64,000 nucleotides of DNA from an uncultured delta proteobacterium (GCA_963745025.1 CAVUWD010000019.1:318516-382515), one strand, 5' to 3'. Counted from the first letter of the stretch, positions 42,496 to 53,156 are shown. The notes: generated by a model from the sequence alone, not told the origin. A program made the numbers and translations.

Positions 42496-43488
42496 GAAGG
42501 CGCGGAGGATCGCTGTTGCTTCCGCAGCCACCTGCTTCACGATTTCGTCGGCTGGCCGGATGTCGTTCACGAGACTGCACGACTCCCCGGCATAGAGCGC
42601 GACGTACTCCATGTCGCCCTCGAATCCCTCGATGGGGTTGAAGGTCGAGTAACGGACCGTCGGCACCTCGACGCCCGCCATCGTGAGCTTGCCGACGATC
42701 TCTCCCTCGCCTGGGCGCCTCCCCGAGGGCGGCCGTCCCGCCCCTTCCCATTCCGCGACCGCCTTGTTCCGGAGGACCCGGTGGGCCGCTTCGGGCCACT
42801 CGACGTCGAAGAGCGTGGTGTAGAGTGTGTCTTCCGCCCGGCTCCGGACGACGCGCTCCTTGTACGCGCGGCTCGCGCGCGCCTCGGTGCTGCACAGGAA
42901 GCGCGTCCCCATCGATACCGCCTGCGCACCGAGGTTGAGGGCGGCGGCGAGCCCGCGGCCGTCGGCGATCCCCCCGGCGGCCACGACCGGCAGCGGCTTC
43001 ACGGCGTCGACCACCGCGGGCAGGAGCGCCGACAGCGCGACCTTGCCGCGCACATGCCCGCCCGCCTCGATTCCTTGAACCATGATGACGTCCACGCCCG
43101 CGTCGGCCGCCGCCTTCGCTTCGTCGACCGAACCGACCTGGAGGGCGATCATCGTGCCTCGTCGGTGCGCCTCCTGGACGTACGGTTTGGCGTCGCCCCA
43201 GAAAAGGATGAGGAGCGACACGGGCTCGTCGAGCACCGCCTCGATCTGCCCCTCCTGAAGCAGCGCGAGGATGATGTTCACGCCGAACGGCTGCTGCGTA
43301 AGACGGCGCGTCTCCTCGATCTGCTCGCGGATGAACGGGGCGGGAACGCCGCCCATGCCGAGGACGCCGAAACCTCCGGCGTTAGACACGGCAGCGGCGA
43401 GATCCGGGCCTGCGTTCGCGCCGCCCATGCCGGCGTTGAAGATCGGCAGATCGACGCCCAGCTGCCGACAGAGGGGGGTGATCAACAT
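42493..43488 (-). CDS. Nitronate monooxygenase family flavoprotein
   Basis: PIFNAGMG, QGIEAGGH, AAGGIADG, MGTRF. Confidence 0.92.
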   Translation of the reverse strand: MLITPLCRQLGVDLPIFNAGMGGANAGPDLAAAVSNAGGFGVLGMGGVPAPFIREQIEETRRLTQQPFGVNIILALLQEGQIEAVLDEPVSLLILFWGDAKPYVQEAHRRGTMIALQVGSVDEAKAAADAGVDVIMVQGIEAGGHVRGKVALSALLPAVVDAVKPLPVVAAGGIADGRGLAAALNLGAQAVSMGTRFLCSTEARASRAYKERVVRSRAEDTLYTTLFDVEWPEAAHRVLRNKAVAEWEGAGRPPSGRRPGEGEIVGKLTMAGVEVPTVRYSTFNPIEGFEGDMEYVALYAGESCSLVNDIRPADEIVKQVAAEATAILRAF

Positions 43489-43584
43489 GAATACTCCCGA
43501 TGCGTCACGGCTCGCGCGTGTGAGCCATGCGATTTTTTACAGGCTACACACCCTCGGGTCAACGTCAGCCGCACAGTATGTCAG

Positions 43585-43650
43585 CCGCGCAAGTTCTGCG
43601 AACAATGCGCGGCTCCGCTCGGACGCAAGTGTGCAGGCTGCGGCACGCCT
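43585..43650 (+). pseudogene. Zinc-ribbon fragment
   Basis: RKFCEQCAAPLGRKCAGCGT, like the N-terminus of the cyclases. Confidence 0.6.
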
Positions 43651-43851
43651 GCAAGAGCGCGGCCGGCAGTGCCTCGGCCCGCCCGCTCGTCGCGCTGTTC
43701 GCGCGGCTCGAGGAGAGCGCGCCGGCGGGCGATGCCGACGCGCTTTCCGCTCTCGCGCGTGAGGTCATCTCGGAGTTCGCCCGTGTCGAGTCGGAGGTGA
43801 GGGCGCTTCTCCGAGCGAGCCGGAACAACCAGCGTCGTCGGGTGACCTCGT

Positions 43852-44292
43852 CTACGCCGGCTCCGACAAGATCACGAGCGGGATCTCCCGCTCCGTCCTC
43901 GCCTGATAAGCGTCGTAGCGGCCGGCGTTGAGTCGATTGACGAGCGGCCAGAGCCGTGCGCGCTCCGCTGGATCGGCGACCCGAGCCCGCATCTGCCGTC
44001 GCTCGCGACCGATCTGCACGCCGACGGTCGGCGTCTTCTGGAGGTTACCCAACCAAGCCGGCGCACGATCGCTGCCTCCGTTCGACGCGACGACGACCAG
44101 ATCTTTGCCGTCCTGCAGGTACACCAGCGCCGCGGTCCGCTCCATGCCGGTCTTGCGGCCGACCGTTCGTAGGAGAAGCACGGGTAGGCCGCCCAGCCAG
44201 GTGATCCGGCCATCGGTCGCCTCGAAGAGCCACTGATGGACGTAGAGGAAATAGCGGCCGACAAGTTTCTCGAAGAGTTGCTGAAGATCCAT
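43852..44292 (-). CDS. Deazaflavin (F420)-dependent nitroreductase family protein
   Basis: LLLRTVGRKTG, VASNGG...PAW..NL, YQART.REIP. Confidence 0.9.
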   Translation of the reverse strand: MDLQQLFEKLVGRYFLYVHQWLFEATDGRITWLGGLPVLLLRTVGRKTGMERTAALVYLQDGKDLVVVASNGGSDRAPAWLGNLQKTPTVGVQIGRERRQMRARVADPAERARLWPLVNRLNAGRYDAYQARTEREIPLVILSEPA

Positions 44293-44413
44293 CGATCTCC
44301 TCCGGGCTTCTCGATCTCCGTCAGGAATCGCGCGTGACCGCTTCGCCATCTGCCCCGCGGTCTTCGTCGCGGTGCGTGGCCGAGCTCCAGCGCTCTGTGC
44401 TAACCTTCAGCTG

Positions 44414-44995
44414 ATGGCCTCGAGGCGCTTTGCGGTTCTCGCGCTCCGTGCGCTCGTCGCGTTCGCAGCGGCCGGCGCCTTCGGCTGTGCGCTACCGGTC
44501 GCTCCCTACGAGGTCTCCTACGACAACGTCAAAGCTCTCGCCACTGCATCGGTCGACCGGGTCGCCGTCGATCGCTTCACCACGTCGGGAAGCGACACGA
44601 CGATGTCGATGCGCGGCGTCGATCGAGCCGTGTCGCCGGTCGGTGACGGGTTCGCCGACTACCTACGCGACGCGCTGCAACGAGAGATTCGGCGGGCCAA
44701 TCTCCTCGACGAGGAGGCGCCCGCGCGACTCTCCGGAAACATCGTGGAGAATCACTTCCGGACCTGGAAAGGCCAGACCGTCGTATCGGTCGAGTTCGTC
44801 GTTCGGCGTGATGATTCGGAACGGTATCGCCGCACCATCCGCTCGGACTTGCCGTGGAACTCGGCGTTCTCCGGGGTCGTCGCCCAGACCAATGCGCTGC
44901 AATCGTATCCCGCCGCGATCCGCGAGCTGTTGGGTGAGCTCTATCGCGATCCCGCTTTCCTGGAAGCGCTCGGAGCTTCGAAAGCGAAGCGATAG
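44414..44995 (+). CDS. Hypothetical lipoprotein
   Basis: Signal peptide with lipobox-like AFGC. Confidence 0.65.
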   Translation: MASRRFAVLALRALVAFAAAGAFGCALPVAPYEVSYDNVKALATASVDRVAVDRFTTSGSDTTMSMRGVDRAVSPVGDGFADYLRDALQREIRRANLLDEEAPARLSGNIVENHFRTWKGQTVVSVEFVVRRDDSERYRRTIRSDLPWNSAFSGVVAQTNALQSYPAAIRELLGELYRDPAFLEALGASKAKR

Positions 44996-44996
44996 T

Positions 44997-45626
44997 CTAG
45001 GACTTCGCGCGAATCTGTTTCGAGTCGATCAGTTTCTTCAGCGCGTCCTGGGTCAGATCCTCGAAGGTCGCATCCGCGGCCTTTTCCAGGGTGTCGTTCA
45101 TGCCGGATACGAACCAGATTCCCATCTTCGTGGTGATCGACCCCTCGCTCGTCTGCGCGGGCCCGATGGGCTGCCCGGTCTCCGTGACGCGCGCGACGAG
45201 CGTGTAGTGATCCGTGGCGGATGTCGGCACGAGGCCGAGGGTGAGGCCGGAGAGGAGGGCGGCAAGGTCCGCTCGGGCGCCGCCGCCGTAGTTATAGAAC
45301 GACAGGTGCACGACCCGGTCCATCTTGTCTTGATCGAAGGGATCGAAGCTGTAGCGCGAGAAGACGCCGCCTCGATCGATGACCCGTTCGACGGCACGCT
45401 GCACCGTAGGGCGGACGGCGGGCAATTCGAGCGGATTTCCCTCTCCCGGTTTTCCGCTGATGAACTTCACGTCCAGGTAAACCGATGGCTTGGACCCGCG
45501 GACGGACAGATTCTGGATCGACGAAGGCTCGTGGATCCGAGAGGGGATCGACGTACACGCCGCGGCGACGGTCAACCAAGTCACCGTGACGGTCAGGAAG
45601 GTGAGCTGTCGGAGGCGACCGTTCAT
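44997..45626 (-). CDS. Hypothetical lipoprotein
   Basis: Signal peptide with AAAC; LSGLTLGLVP segment. Confidence 0.65.
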   Translation of the reverse strand: MNGRLRQLTFLTVTVTWLTVAAACTSIPSRIHEPSSIQNLSVRGSKPSVYLDVKFISGKPGEGNPLELPAVRPTVQRAVERVIDRGGVFSRYSFDPFDQDKMDRVVHLSFYNYGGGARADLAALLSGLTLGLVPTSATDHYTLVARVTETGQPIGPAQTSEGSITTKMGIWFVSGMNDTLEKAADATFEDLTQDALKKLIDSKQIRAKS

Positions 45627-45905
45627 CAAAATCGCTCGACGAGGATCGGTCTGACACGACGGCCTCGTCGAATGCAAGGGCTCGAGAACGAGCGCGGGTG
45701 AGATACCTTCGCGTGTCAGCCGCTGTATCCCGGCGCGAGGCGCGGGAGCCCGCCACCGAGCTTCCTGTGGAGGGCTGCGCTCCAGCCCCTCATGAGGACC
45801 CACCCAAGCCAGCCCGAAGCGCGAGGCGATCGTGGCGTTTCCGGCGCACGGCCCAGCGTTCAGACGGGTCGAGCGCGTGGCCCTCGGAGAGGAGGTGAGG
45901 TGACC

Positions 45906-46150
45906 ATGCATTACGCTCCTATCTATCGAATTTCGCTGGTGCGAGACGGACGGCTACCGTATGAGGCCACGCTCAAGCAGTCGAGTGACGTCGCGCAGTT
46001 CGTGAGGCCTCTCTTCGAAGGTCTCGACCGGGAGCAGTTCGTGGTCGTGCTCCTAAACGCCAAGCATCGTCCGATTGGCGTGAATACGGTGTCGCTCGGG
46101 TCGCTCACATGCGCCGCCGTTCACCGCGCGAGGTTTTCAAGCCAGCAATC
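45906..46150 (+). pseudogene. RadC/JAB-domain protein, frameshifted and truncated
   Basis: YRISLVRD, LDREQFVVVLLNAK, SLGSL..A.VH then (frameshift) REVFKPAI; GGAGG RBS. Confidence 0.8.
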
Positions 46151-46359
46151 GCTACTGGTAAGCCGGACACTAAGCAAGACGGTCAAGAGACTGAGCGATC
46201 CCGCGAGATCGCCGTGCCGATCTGACCGGATCCCCCCACTCGATTCCTATCGGGCTCCTTCCTACACCTCGTCACCAACCCAATTTGCCGGCAGCAGCCG
46301 GGAGGCCTTCGTGCCTCCGACTGCTGCCGGTCTCGCCCTCTTTTTTGCCCAAAATCTGC

Positions 46360-46531
46360 AAACCGTCTTTCCCTCGCACGACTCTCTCGGGTTCCAGTCC
46401 ACGAACATGCCGTTGGGATTGCTGCTCCACGCCCATACGTGCGGTTCGGTAGAAGGCGGGAATGGCGTAACGGTTGGGCTACCGACATACTGAAACAAGT
46501 ACCCCGTAAGTACCGGCGGACCCTGGGTCAT
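46360..46531 (-). pseudogene. C-terminal fragment of a hypothetical protein
   Basis: PPVLTGYLFQYVGSP...HVWAW..NPNGMFVDWNP..SC, frameshifted. Confidence 0.45.
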
Positions 46532-46587
46532 CTCGTTCCAGGGTCAACGAGCGGAATGAATCGACGAGTCGCAGGCCCTCCGGTTGC

Positions 46588-47598
46588 TCAACGCGACACG
46601 CCGTAGGGCGGACCCGAGACGTCGTCGATCTTCCAGATCTCCCCGGTGAGGGTGACGACGTACGCGGTGTTCCCGATGAACTCGAGCGAGGTCGGCCGGT
46701 CCAGACCGTCCGTGATGACGGTGAAGGTGCCGTCCCCGTTGACCTTCACGAGCGCGCCGGTGTTCGGCTGCGCCGGAGAACCCGCAGGGTCGCCGTCCAC
46801 CCAGTCGCCCTGCGAGAGGGCGTAGAGACGGCGACCGCGGCCAAATTCCACGTCGACGAGGAGGCGGGCGCCGGAGGCCACCTCCGTGGCGGTGGGCGAC
46901 TTCGGCCCGAACGACACGACCTTGCCGTCCTCGGGCAGGTGGGGGACGGGGCCGGCCTCGGCCATGTACACCGTGTTGCCCGACACCGCCAGCCCGGTCG
47001 GGACGATGTTGTCGAACGCGATCAACTCGGTGACCTCGCCGTCGAGTGTGACCCGCAGCACGCGGTTGTGGTGCCCATCGGTGACCAGGAACCCGCCACG
47101 GTAGGTTTGCAGCGCGTACTGGACTCCGGTCGGGACGAAGAACGGAAACGGAATGGTCGGCGGATTGTCCAAGGAGAACTCGCCAATGTCCGCGACGACG
47201 GTGAAACTGTCTGGGCCGTCCACTCGGTAGATGCCGACGACGTCGCTGCCGCCGACGTCAGGGCCGACGAGGGTGACCAGTGCGTACGCGGTCTTGCCGA
47301 TGAACGCGACGTCGATCGCCCCACCGATGCCGATGGCGGGGATCGACTTCGGCAGACCGCTGGCGAACGTCGTGATCTCCCCGGTCTGCGGATCGACGCG
47401 CGAGATCCTGCCGGCTGCGCCTTCGGTGACGTACAGCGCACCACCGGGGCCGATGGTGCTGCCCGTGCCACCCTCCAGGCCCGTGACCAGCAGGGTGGCG
47501 TTGGGCCCCCCGGATGGTGGCGAGGCGCTCGCCGCGGACGGCGCGATCATCGCGATCAGGGCCGCGGCCAACAACAGCAGCTTTCGTTCGGAACCCAT
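46588..47598 (-). CDS. ScyD/ScyE family exported beta-propeller protein
   Basis: Signal peptide; VPTG repeats, VTDGHHN, GLDRPTSLEF; AAGGAGG RBS. Confidence 0.8.
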   Translation of the reverse strand: MGSERKLLLLAAALIAMIAPSAASASPPSGGPNATLLVTGLEGGTGSTIGPGGALYVTEGAAGRISRVDPQTGEITTFASGLPKSIPAIGIGGAIDVAFIGKTAYALVTLVGPDVGGSDVVGIYRVDGPDSFTVVADIGEFSLDNPPTIPFPFFVPTGVQYALQTYRGGFLVTDGHHNRVLRVTLDGEVTELIAFDNIVPTGLAVSGNTVYMAEAGPVPHLPEDGKVVSFGPKSPTATEVASGARLLVDVEFGRGRRLYALSQGDWVDGDPAGSPAQPNTGALVKVNGDGTFTVITDGLDRPTSLEFIGNTAYVVTLTGEIWKIDDVSGPPYGVSR

Positions 47599-47968
47599 AG
47601 GATCCTCCTTTCTAGTTAGCTAGCAGGCCGCTCAAAAACTCGCCTCGAGGCGGCGGAGATTGGTAAACAGTGCGAGAAGGGCTGCGTAGACTTCTGCTGC
47701 AGGTTTTCTACTCGATCCGCGGCGAGCGGCTCCCCATGGAACAGCTCGACGACACCTTCTGTTTTGTTGGTTCGTCGGTCTCAATCTGGACGATCAGTGT
47801 GGGTTGACCCGCCGCGCTGAGATTTTTCCGCACCCTCCTAGTCGCCATGCAGCCTTCCAAGGTGCTTCTCTCTTCGATCACTCGTGGGCTCCGTTCTGCC
47901 GCGCATCTCGAGCCGTGCGCGCGACGTGCTTCGTTCGAGACTTGATTAAGGACCGGGCCGGGAGGAAA

Positions 47969-48010
47969 GTCCTTACAGGCTTCGAATGTTTCTCTGACAT
48001 TTCTCTGACA
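47969..48010 (+). promoter_or_regulatory. 11-bp-periodic direct repeats (putative wHTH operator)
   Basis: TTTCTCTGACA twice (47989-48010), plus degenerate CCTTACA ending 22 bp before the end of the first copy. Confidence 0.55.
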
Positions 48011-48047
48011 CCACTCGCCGTCGGCGGGGTTGAAGGATTGAGTCAAA

Positions 48048-49694
48048 ATGGAATCGGTTCGTTTCGGCCCCTACCGGCTCGACCCTCGCGAGGAGCGCGT
48101 TTGGCGGGGCGAGGAGCCAGTCAAGCTCACTGCCAAGACCTTCTCCGTTCTGCGCTACCTGGCGGAGCGCTCGGGCCATTTGGTGACCAAAGAGGAGCTG
48201 TTCAAGGCCCTGTGGCCCGAGACGGCGGTGAGCGACGCGGCGCTGACGAGATGCATCCACGAGCTTCGCGAGGCGCTATCCGACGACCCGCGGGAGCCAC
48301 ACTACGTCGAAACCGTTCACCGGCGTGGATTTCGCTTCATCGGGCCCCCGGCGGACGTGCGTGAACCGACCACGCGAACTCAAACGAAGTATGCCAAAAG
48401 CGGAGACGTTCACATCGCTTATCAGATCGTCGGCGACGGCCCGATTGACCTCGTGATCGTGCCCGGGTGGGCCTCGAACGTGGAAGGGTGGTGGGAGCTC
48501 CCGCTTGCCGCTGCCTTTTACGAACGCCTCGCTTCCTTCTGCCGACTGATCATCTTCGACAAGCGGGGGACCGGCATGTCGGACCAAGTACCCATCCATG
48601 AGCTACCTACGCTCGAGCAACGGATGGACGACGTGCGAGCAGTCATGGACGCGGCGGGCTCCGAGCGGGCGGTGCTTTTCGGATACTCGGAAGGTGGACC
48701 GATGTCCCTCCTGTTCGCCGCCACCTACCCCGAGCGGACGGCCGCTCTCATCCTACATGGGACCTTCGCCAAGATGGAGTGGGACGACTGTTTCGGAGCG
48801 TCTCTCGCAGACAACCCTCGGGAATTGGAAGCGATGATCGAGGAGCGCTGGGCCGACGGGTTTCCCGGCCTCGACGTGTGGGCACCGACTTTCGCCGACA
48901 GCGAGCAGAATCGTCAGGCGTTTGCCCACTTCATGCGGTCGGCGGCCAGCCCCGCCGCGGCCGTCGGGCTGATTCGCATGAACTGGCAGATCGACGTCCG
49001 ACCCATCTTACCCGCGATCCACGTGCCGACTCTCATTCTCCATCGCCGCGAAGAACGAGCGATCGGCGTGCGGCATGCGCGATATCTCGCTGATCACATT
49101 CCTGGAGCGAGGTACGTCGAGATGCCAGGGGTGGATCATCTCCTATTCGCGGGCGACCACGAGGCGATTGCGGCGACGGTAGAAGAATTCCTTACGGGTC
49201 CGCGACGCGCTCACAAGCGCGACAGTATACTAGCTACGGTCTTGCTCACGGAGATCGTGGACTCGACGAAACGAGCCGCCGAGCTGGGCGACCGCGGTTG
49301 GCGGAGTCTGGTCAAGCGTCACCAGGCGCTGCTGCGGAAGGAACTGAGCCGTTTTCGTGGGCGCGAGGCGGCAGGCGATCGGTACTTGGCGACGTTCGAC
49401 GGCCCGATACGGGCTCTTCGCTGTGCGCTGAGCCTCCGTGACGGATCACGTCAGCTGGGATTCGAAATCCGTGCCGGCGTTCACACAGGGGAATGCGAAC
49501 TCAAAGGTGACTGGCTGGATGGCATCGCGGTTTCCATCGCTGCCCAGGTTCTCGCCAGGGCCAGGTCGGGTGAGATCTGGGCGTCGGGTACGACGAAGAA
49601 CCTGGTGGCGGGATCGGGAATCGAGTTTCGGGATCAGGGCCTTCATGTCCTTGAGAATCTCCCAGGGCAATGGCCTTTGTTCGCTGTGGAATGA
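48048..49694 (+). CDS. OmpR-type wHTH + alpha/beta hydrolase + class III cyclase-like fusion
   Basis: ETVHRRGFRF wHTH; DKRGTGMSD, GYSEGG, GVDH hydrolase; FDGP, RAGVHTGEC cyclase. Confidence 0.88.
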   Translation: MESVRFGPYRLDPREERVWRGEEPVKLTAKTFSVLRYLAERSGHLVTKEELFKALWPETAVSDAALTRCIHELREALSDDPREPHYVETVHRRGFRFIGPPADVREPTTRTQTKYAKSGDVHIAYQIVGDGPIDLVIVPGWASNVEGWWELPLAAAFYERLASFCRLIIFDKRGTGMSDQVPIHELPTLEQRMDDVRAVMDAAGSERAVLFGYSEGGPMSLLFAATYPERTAALILHGTFAKMEWDDCFGASLADNPRELEAMIEERWADGFPGLDVWAPTFADSEQNRQAFAHFMRSAASPAAAVGLIRMNWQIDVRPILPAIHVPTLILHRREERAIGVRHARYLADHIPGARYVEMPGVDHLLFAGDHEAIAATVEEFLTGPRRAHKRDSILATVLLTEIVDSTKRAAELGDRGWRSLVKRHQALLRKELSRFRGREAAGDRYLATFDGPIRALRCALSLRDGSRQLGFEIRAGVHTGECELKGDWLDGIAVSIAAQVLARARSGEIWASGTTKNLVAGSGIEFRDQGLHVLENLPGQWPLFAVE

Positions 49695-49849
49695 TCGAGC
49701 ATCGATGGCTTGCGACCGTCGTCATACGCGAAGCGACGAGCGGTATCGCACGGATCGATCAGCCTAGATCCGCTTCACCGTCGCCGGCGCACCGTTCAAC
49801 TCCGAAATGCCAGCTAGTGACCCGATTGCATGGCGGTCGTTGAGCAGGT

Positions 49850-50067
49850 CGCAGTTGACGCCCGCAACCGCAGGCACGTACACACGAGTGCGTCATTCGA
49901 TGGCGACGCATCTTCTCGACGCAGGCGAGCCGATCGACTTCGTACAAGATCACCTTGGCCATCGAAACATCGAGTCGAGCCTCGTCTACGCGCGCGTGTC
50001 GGATCGGCGGCGAAGCAAGGCGATAAGCAGGCTCGAGCGATCGCGCGAGATCGCACTGCCCGCGTGA
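49850..50067 (+). pseudogene. Tyrosine recombinase C-terminal remnant
   Basis: RRHVHT then (frameshift) RHSMATHLLDAG..IDFVQDHLGHRNIESSLVY...RLERSREIALPA. Confidence 0.85.
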
Positions 50068-50129
50068 GTAGCATCGGCAGTTTTCTCCTCATCCGCGAAG
50101 TCCATCCGTACGTTTTATTCCCGCCCTTC

Positions 50130-50189
50130 AGCGGCAGCAGCCCGAGGCTCCAGTGCCTCCGGCTCGCTGCCGCTCCCGTATCCTTTTTT
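50130..50189 (+). terminator. Terminator-like hairpin after the recombinase remnant
   Basis: AGCGGCAGC...GCTGCCGCT stem, then a pyrimidine tract and T6. Confidence 0.45.
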
Positions 50190-50269
50190 GGCGCCGAGTT
50201 CCCTGTGACGGCAGCTCACGCAGCCCATCGCAACGACGGCAAAGTCGACGGGCGGAACTTCACTTTAGT

Positions 50270-50411
50270 GTTTAACTCTGCACTCCGAGGCCTTCGTCTG
50301 CTGGTCTTCCCGGGTTTCCCTCCCCGGGTTTCCCTTGCGAGAAGAGGCCCGAAGGGACTATCGGCAATTAGTCTTCAGGGCTCGCCTGCTTGACCACGGC
50401 GGGCGCTATCG
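50270..50411 (+). repeat. Conserved structured leader, copy 2
   Basis: Homologous to 21832-21985. Confidence 0.85.
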
Positions 50412-50870
50412 ATGCGTTGCTCAAAGTGTGGCCGGGAGAATCGAGCCGGCCGAAAATTCTGCGTCCACTGCGGCGCGGGGCTCGACATCAGCTGTCCGTC
50501 GTGCGGCGCGAGCGCTGAGCCAGGAGAGCTGTTCTGCGGCGAGTGCGGAAAGTCGCTCGCCGGACTCTCAACACCCGCCGCCCCGCCAGACCCCCGCAGT
50601 TACACCCCGAAACACCTCGCCGAGAAGATCCTCACCTCTCGCAGCGCTCTCGAAGGCGAACGGAAGCAGGTAACCGTCCTCTTCGCCGACGTGAAGGGGT
50701 CGATGGAGCTCGCCGAGCAGGTAGATCCCGAGGAGTGGCACAAGATCATGGATCGGTTCTTCGCGATCCTCTCCGACGGCGTTCACCGCTTCGAGGGTCG
50801 GATGGACTACACGGCGCTCGGTCATACGGCCAACCTGGCGGCGCGGATGGAACAGATCGCCGACACTTGC
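50412..50870 (+). pseudogene. Double zinc ribbon + cyclase with an internal deletion and truncation
   Basis: HRFEG is joined directly to RMDYT (the GDG segment is lost); homology ends at MEQIAD. Confidence 0.85.
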
Positions 50871-50885
50871 AAGGACCGCTCTAGG

Positions 50886-51662
50886 CTATTTCAAGTACTC
50901 GATCAGCTCCGTGATCGTCGTATTGCTCATGCCGGGAGCGCCGCCGCGTGCACCCATGCCCGGGCCACTCATGCCGGGACCGCTCATGCCGCCCATCTCA
51001 ACCTTCGTCTCGGACTTCACCATCCCCACGCCCTTGACCAGCCAGTAGGTGGACGTCGTGTGCATCGTCATCCCGGGCATCGCCGCGGTATGCGAGTTCC
51101 CGTCCTTCCCTCTCATCTCGGGCATCTGCACGATCATCTCGTTGTTGGCGGTGATCTTCAGCGCCTCGAAGGTCCCGGCGGGAACGGTTACCGACTCCGT
51201 GCCCTCGACCTTGTGGCTCGACGTCATGTCAGAGGTCATCGGCTTCGCCATCCGCGGGTTGGTCGTCTCGATCGTCGCGGTGGTATCCCAAGTGTATCCG
51301 GCTTTCAGCTTCGATGCCGGCGGCAGGAACGCGCCGGAGCGCTTCACGACCTTCATCTCCGTTCCCTCGCGGCCCTCTCCCAGCTTGGTGAAGTCGAGCG
51401 AGATCGCTTCGCCGTTGCACTCGACCTCTATCTGCGATTCCCTTGCCGGTTTGCTCTTGTCGTACGTCCACGCAATTGTGACGGTCGCCTTGTCCCCTTC
51501 GACCTTCTCGATTTTCCAGGTCGACTCGTGGCCGTTGGAGGACTTGTAGTGCTGCGTGGCGCCCTTGCTCAGTGTCCAGTAGGGATGATCACAGGCGGCA
51601 TTTGCGACAGGATCCCAGAGAAGCGAGGCGGTGACGAGAAAAATGAATGTAAACAGTCGCAT
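50886..51662 (-). CDS. Hypothetical exported protein, Met-rich
   Basis: Signal peptide; ESVTVPAGTFEALKI, YWLVKGVGMVK; GMSGP repeats; GAGGT RBS. Confidence 0.75.
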   Translation of the reverse strand: MRLFTFIFLVTASLLWDPVANAACDHPYWTLSKGATQHYKSSNGHESTWKIEKVEGDKATVTIAWTYDKSKPARESQIEVECNGEAISLDFTKLGEGREGTEMKVVKRSGAFLPPASKLKAGYTWDTTATIETTNPRMAKPMTSDMTSSHKVEGTESVTVPAGTFEALKITANNEMIVQMPEMRGKDGNSHTAAMPGMTMHTTSTYWLVKGVGMVKSETKVEMGGMSGPGMSGPGMGARGGAPGMSNTTITELIEYLK

Positions 51663-51682
51663 GATACCTCTCCATACCTGGC

Positions 51683-52043
51683 GTGTTCGAGGGGCGCGTT
51701 CGTAGTCCCGAGGGGCACGCCGTCTACAAACTTCGCAAGGCGATCGTCGATCCGGTCTTTGGCACGACCAAAGAGGCTCGAGGATTTCGTCGCTTCTCCT
51801 TCCGCGGCCTGAGCAAGGTAACCGCGGAGTGGGACCTCATCTGCCTGACGCACAACTTGCTCAAGCTGTGGCGGACACGGACGTGCCTGGCAGCGGCTTG
51901 AACCAGCCAGGAGCCACTCCTCGGGAATCGCCTCCATGCCGATTGCTCCGAAATATCGCCCCGCCCAGACTCTCTCGGAGTCGGCCAGTACCCGAGCCCC
52001 CCGATTCATCACCATCACGCCCGTTTCTCCGACAGGCTCCTAG
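51683..52043 (+). mobile_element. IS1182-family 3' remnant with right end
   Basis: YKLRKAIVDPVFG..KEARGFRRFSFRGL.KV..EW...HNLLKL; terminus CCGACAGGCTCC followed by TAG. Confidence 0.75.
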
Positions 52044-52229
52044 CGTATCGCCAGGCGGGGGCTGTGGTCAAAATCGAGCGCTTCCCGATCACGGCCCCGG
52101 TCGCGAAGCCTGCTTGCGCCGCTCGGAATGTCGTCGAACGCAGCGTAGCAGCGAGGCACTCAGCGAACGCGCTCAAAGGCCGCCTTGACGAACCACCGAA
52201 CCAAGCCCATCATTCCATCGTGTTCCGCG

Positions 52230-52370
52230 TCGTGTCCATCGGCATGTTAGCGACGATTCTCGCCGCGCCGAACGTTACGCAGGCTGCGATCCTCGCGTGG
52301 CGCGACACGGAAGGCGTCACCCACTTACGTGGACACCTCGATAACGTGCCGAGCGAGTATCGCGAACGAA
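52230..52370 (+). pseudogene. DUF4124-like N-terminal remnant
   Basis: Signal-like segment then AWRDTEGVTH...VPSEYR. Confidence 0.45.
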
Positions 52371-52529
52371 GAATCGTTGAAGGTCAGCGAGCCGCCGAGC
52401 GACAGCGTGCCAGTGCCCTGGGTGAAGGGCGAGTTGGAGATCGTCCTCAAGGTGTCGGGCGTGATCGTCCTGTTGCTCTGGGCCAAGCGCCTGGTCGAGC
52501 AGCAGTTCCTCGGCGCTCGAGTTTTCGGG

Positions 52530-53156
52530 TCAGGGCGTCGAAGTGGTCACCGGGTTTTCCACTCCGATCGACACGCGGCGGTTCAGCGCGCGGCCGAGCG
52601 GATTGTCGGCACCATTCGCATTTGTGTTCGGCGCGATGGGATATTGTTCGCCAAGACCCTTGGTAGAAATGTTGGACGTTGGAACGCCGCCGTTCTTGAC
52701 CAGCCAATCCTTCACCGCCTTCGCACGCTCGCGCGACAGCTGCATGTTCGCGGACTGAGTGCCTTTCGAATCGGTATAGCCTTCCACGGTCACATGGCTT
52801 TCCGGAAACTGCGACAACACTATCGCGACTTTTTTGAGCGCCTGTTCGGCTTCCGGCTTTAATGCCGCTTTGTCGTAATCGAAGAGCAGATCGCCGGAAA
52901 GATTCATACTGAGCGAGCGGCTGCTCTGCTGTGCCTGAAATTCCTGTCGCGCTTTTTCGAGGTCGAGTTCCTTCTGCTGCAACTCTATACTCTTGTTCTC
53001 GAGTTCGATCCGCTGCCTTTCCAACTCCGCCTGCTTTTTCGCGATCGCGGCCTGTGGGTCGTTCTGCGCACGGGCAACGGAGAGGTCGCTCCAGATCAAC
53101 GAAACAGTGAGCAACAGCAAGAAGATTTCGGTAGGCGCTCTCGATAAAGACTTCAT
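52530..53156 (-). CDS. OmpA/MotB-domain periplasmic protein with a coiled coil
   Basis: LLFDYDKA, VEGYTDS.G, N..LS..RA, GRALNRRV; GGAGG RBS. Confidence 0.88.
   Translation of the reverse strand: MKSLSRAPTEIFLLLLTVSLIWSDLSVARAQNDPQAAIAKKQAELERQRIELENKSIELQQKELDLEKARQEFQAQQSSRSLSMNLSGDLLFDYDKAALKPEAEQALKKVAIVLSQFPESHVTVEGYTDSKGTQSANMQLSRERAKAVKDWLVKNGGVPTSNISTKGLGEQYPIAPNTNANGADNPLGRALNRRVSIGVENPVTTSTP

Noticed and set aside
50412-51812. 466-aa cyclase
   Set aside because: Homology ends near 50870; the rest is antisense to the 50886..51662 gene
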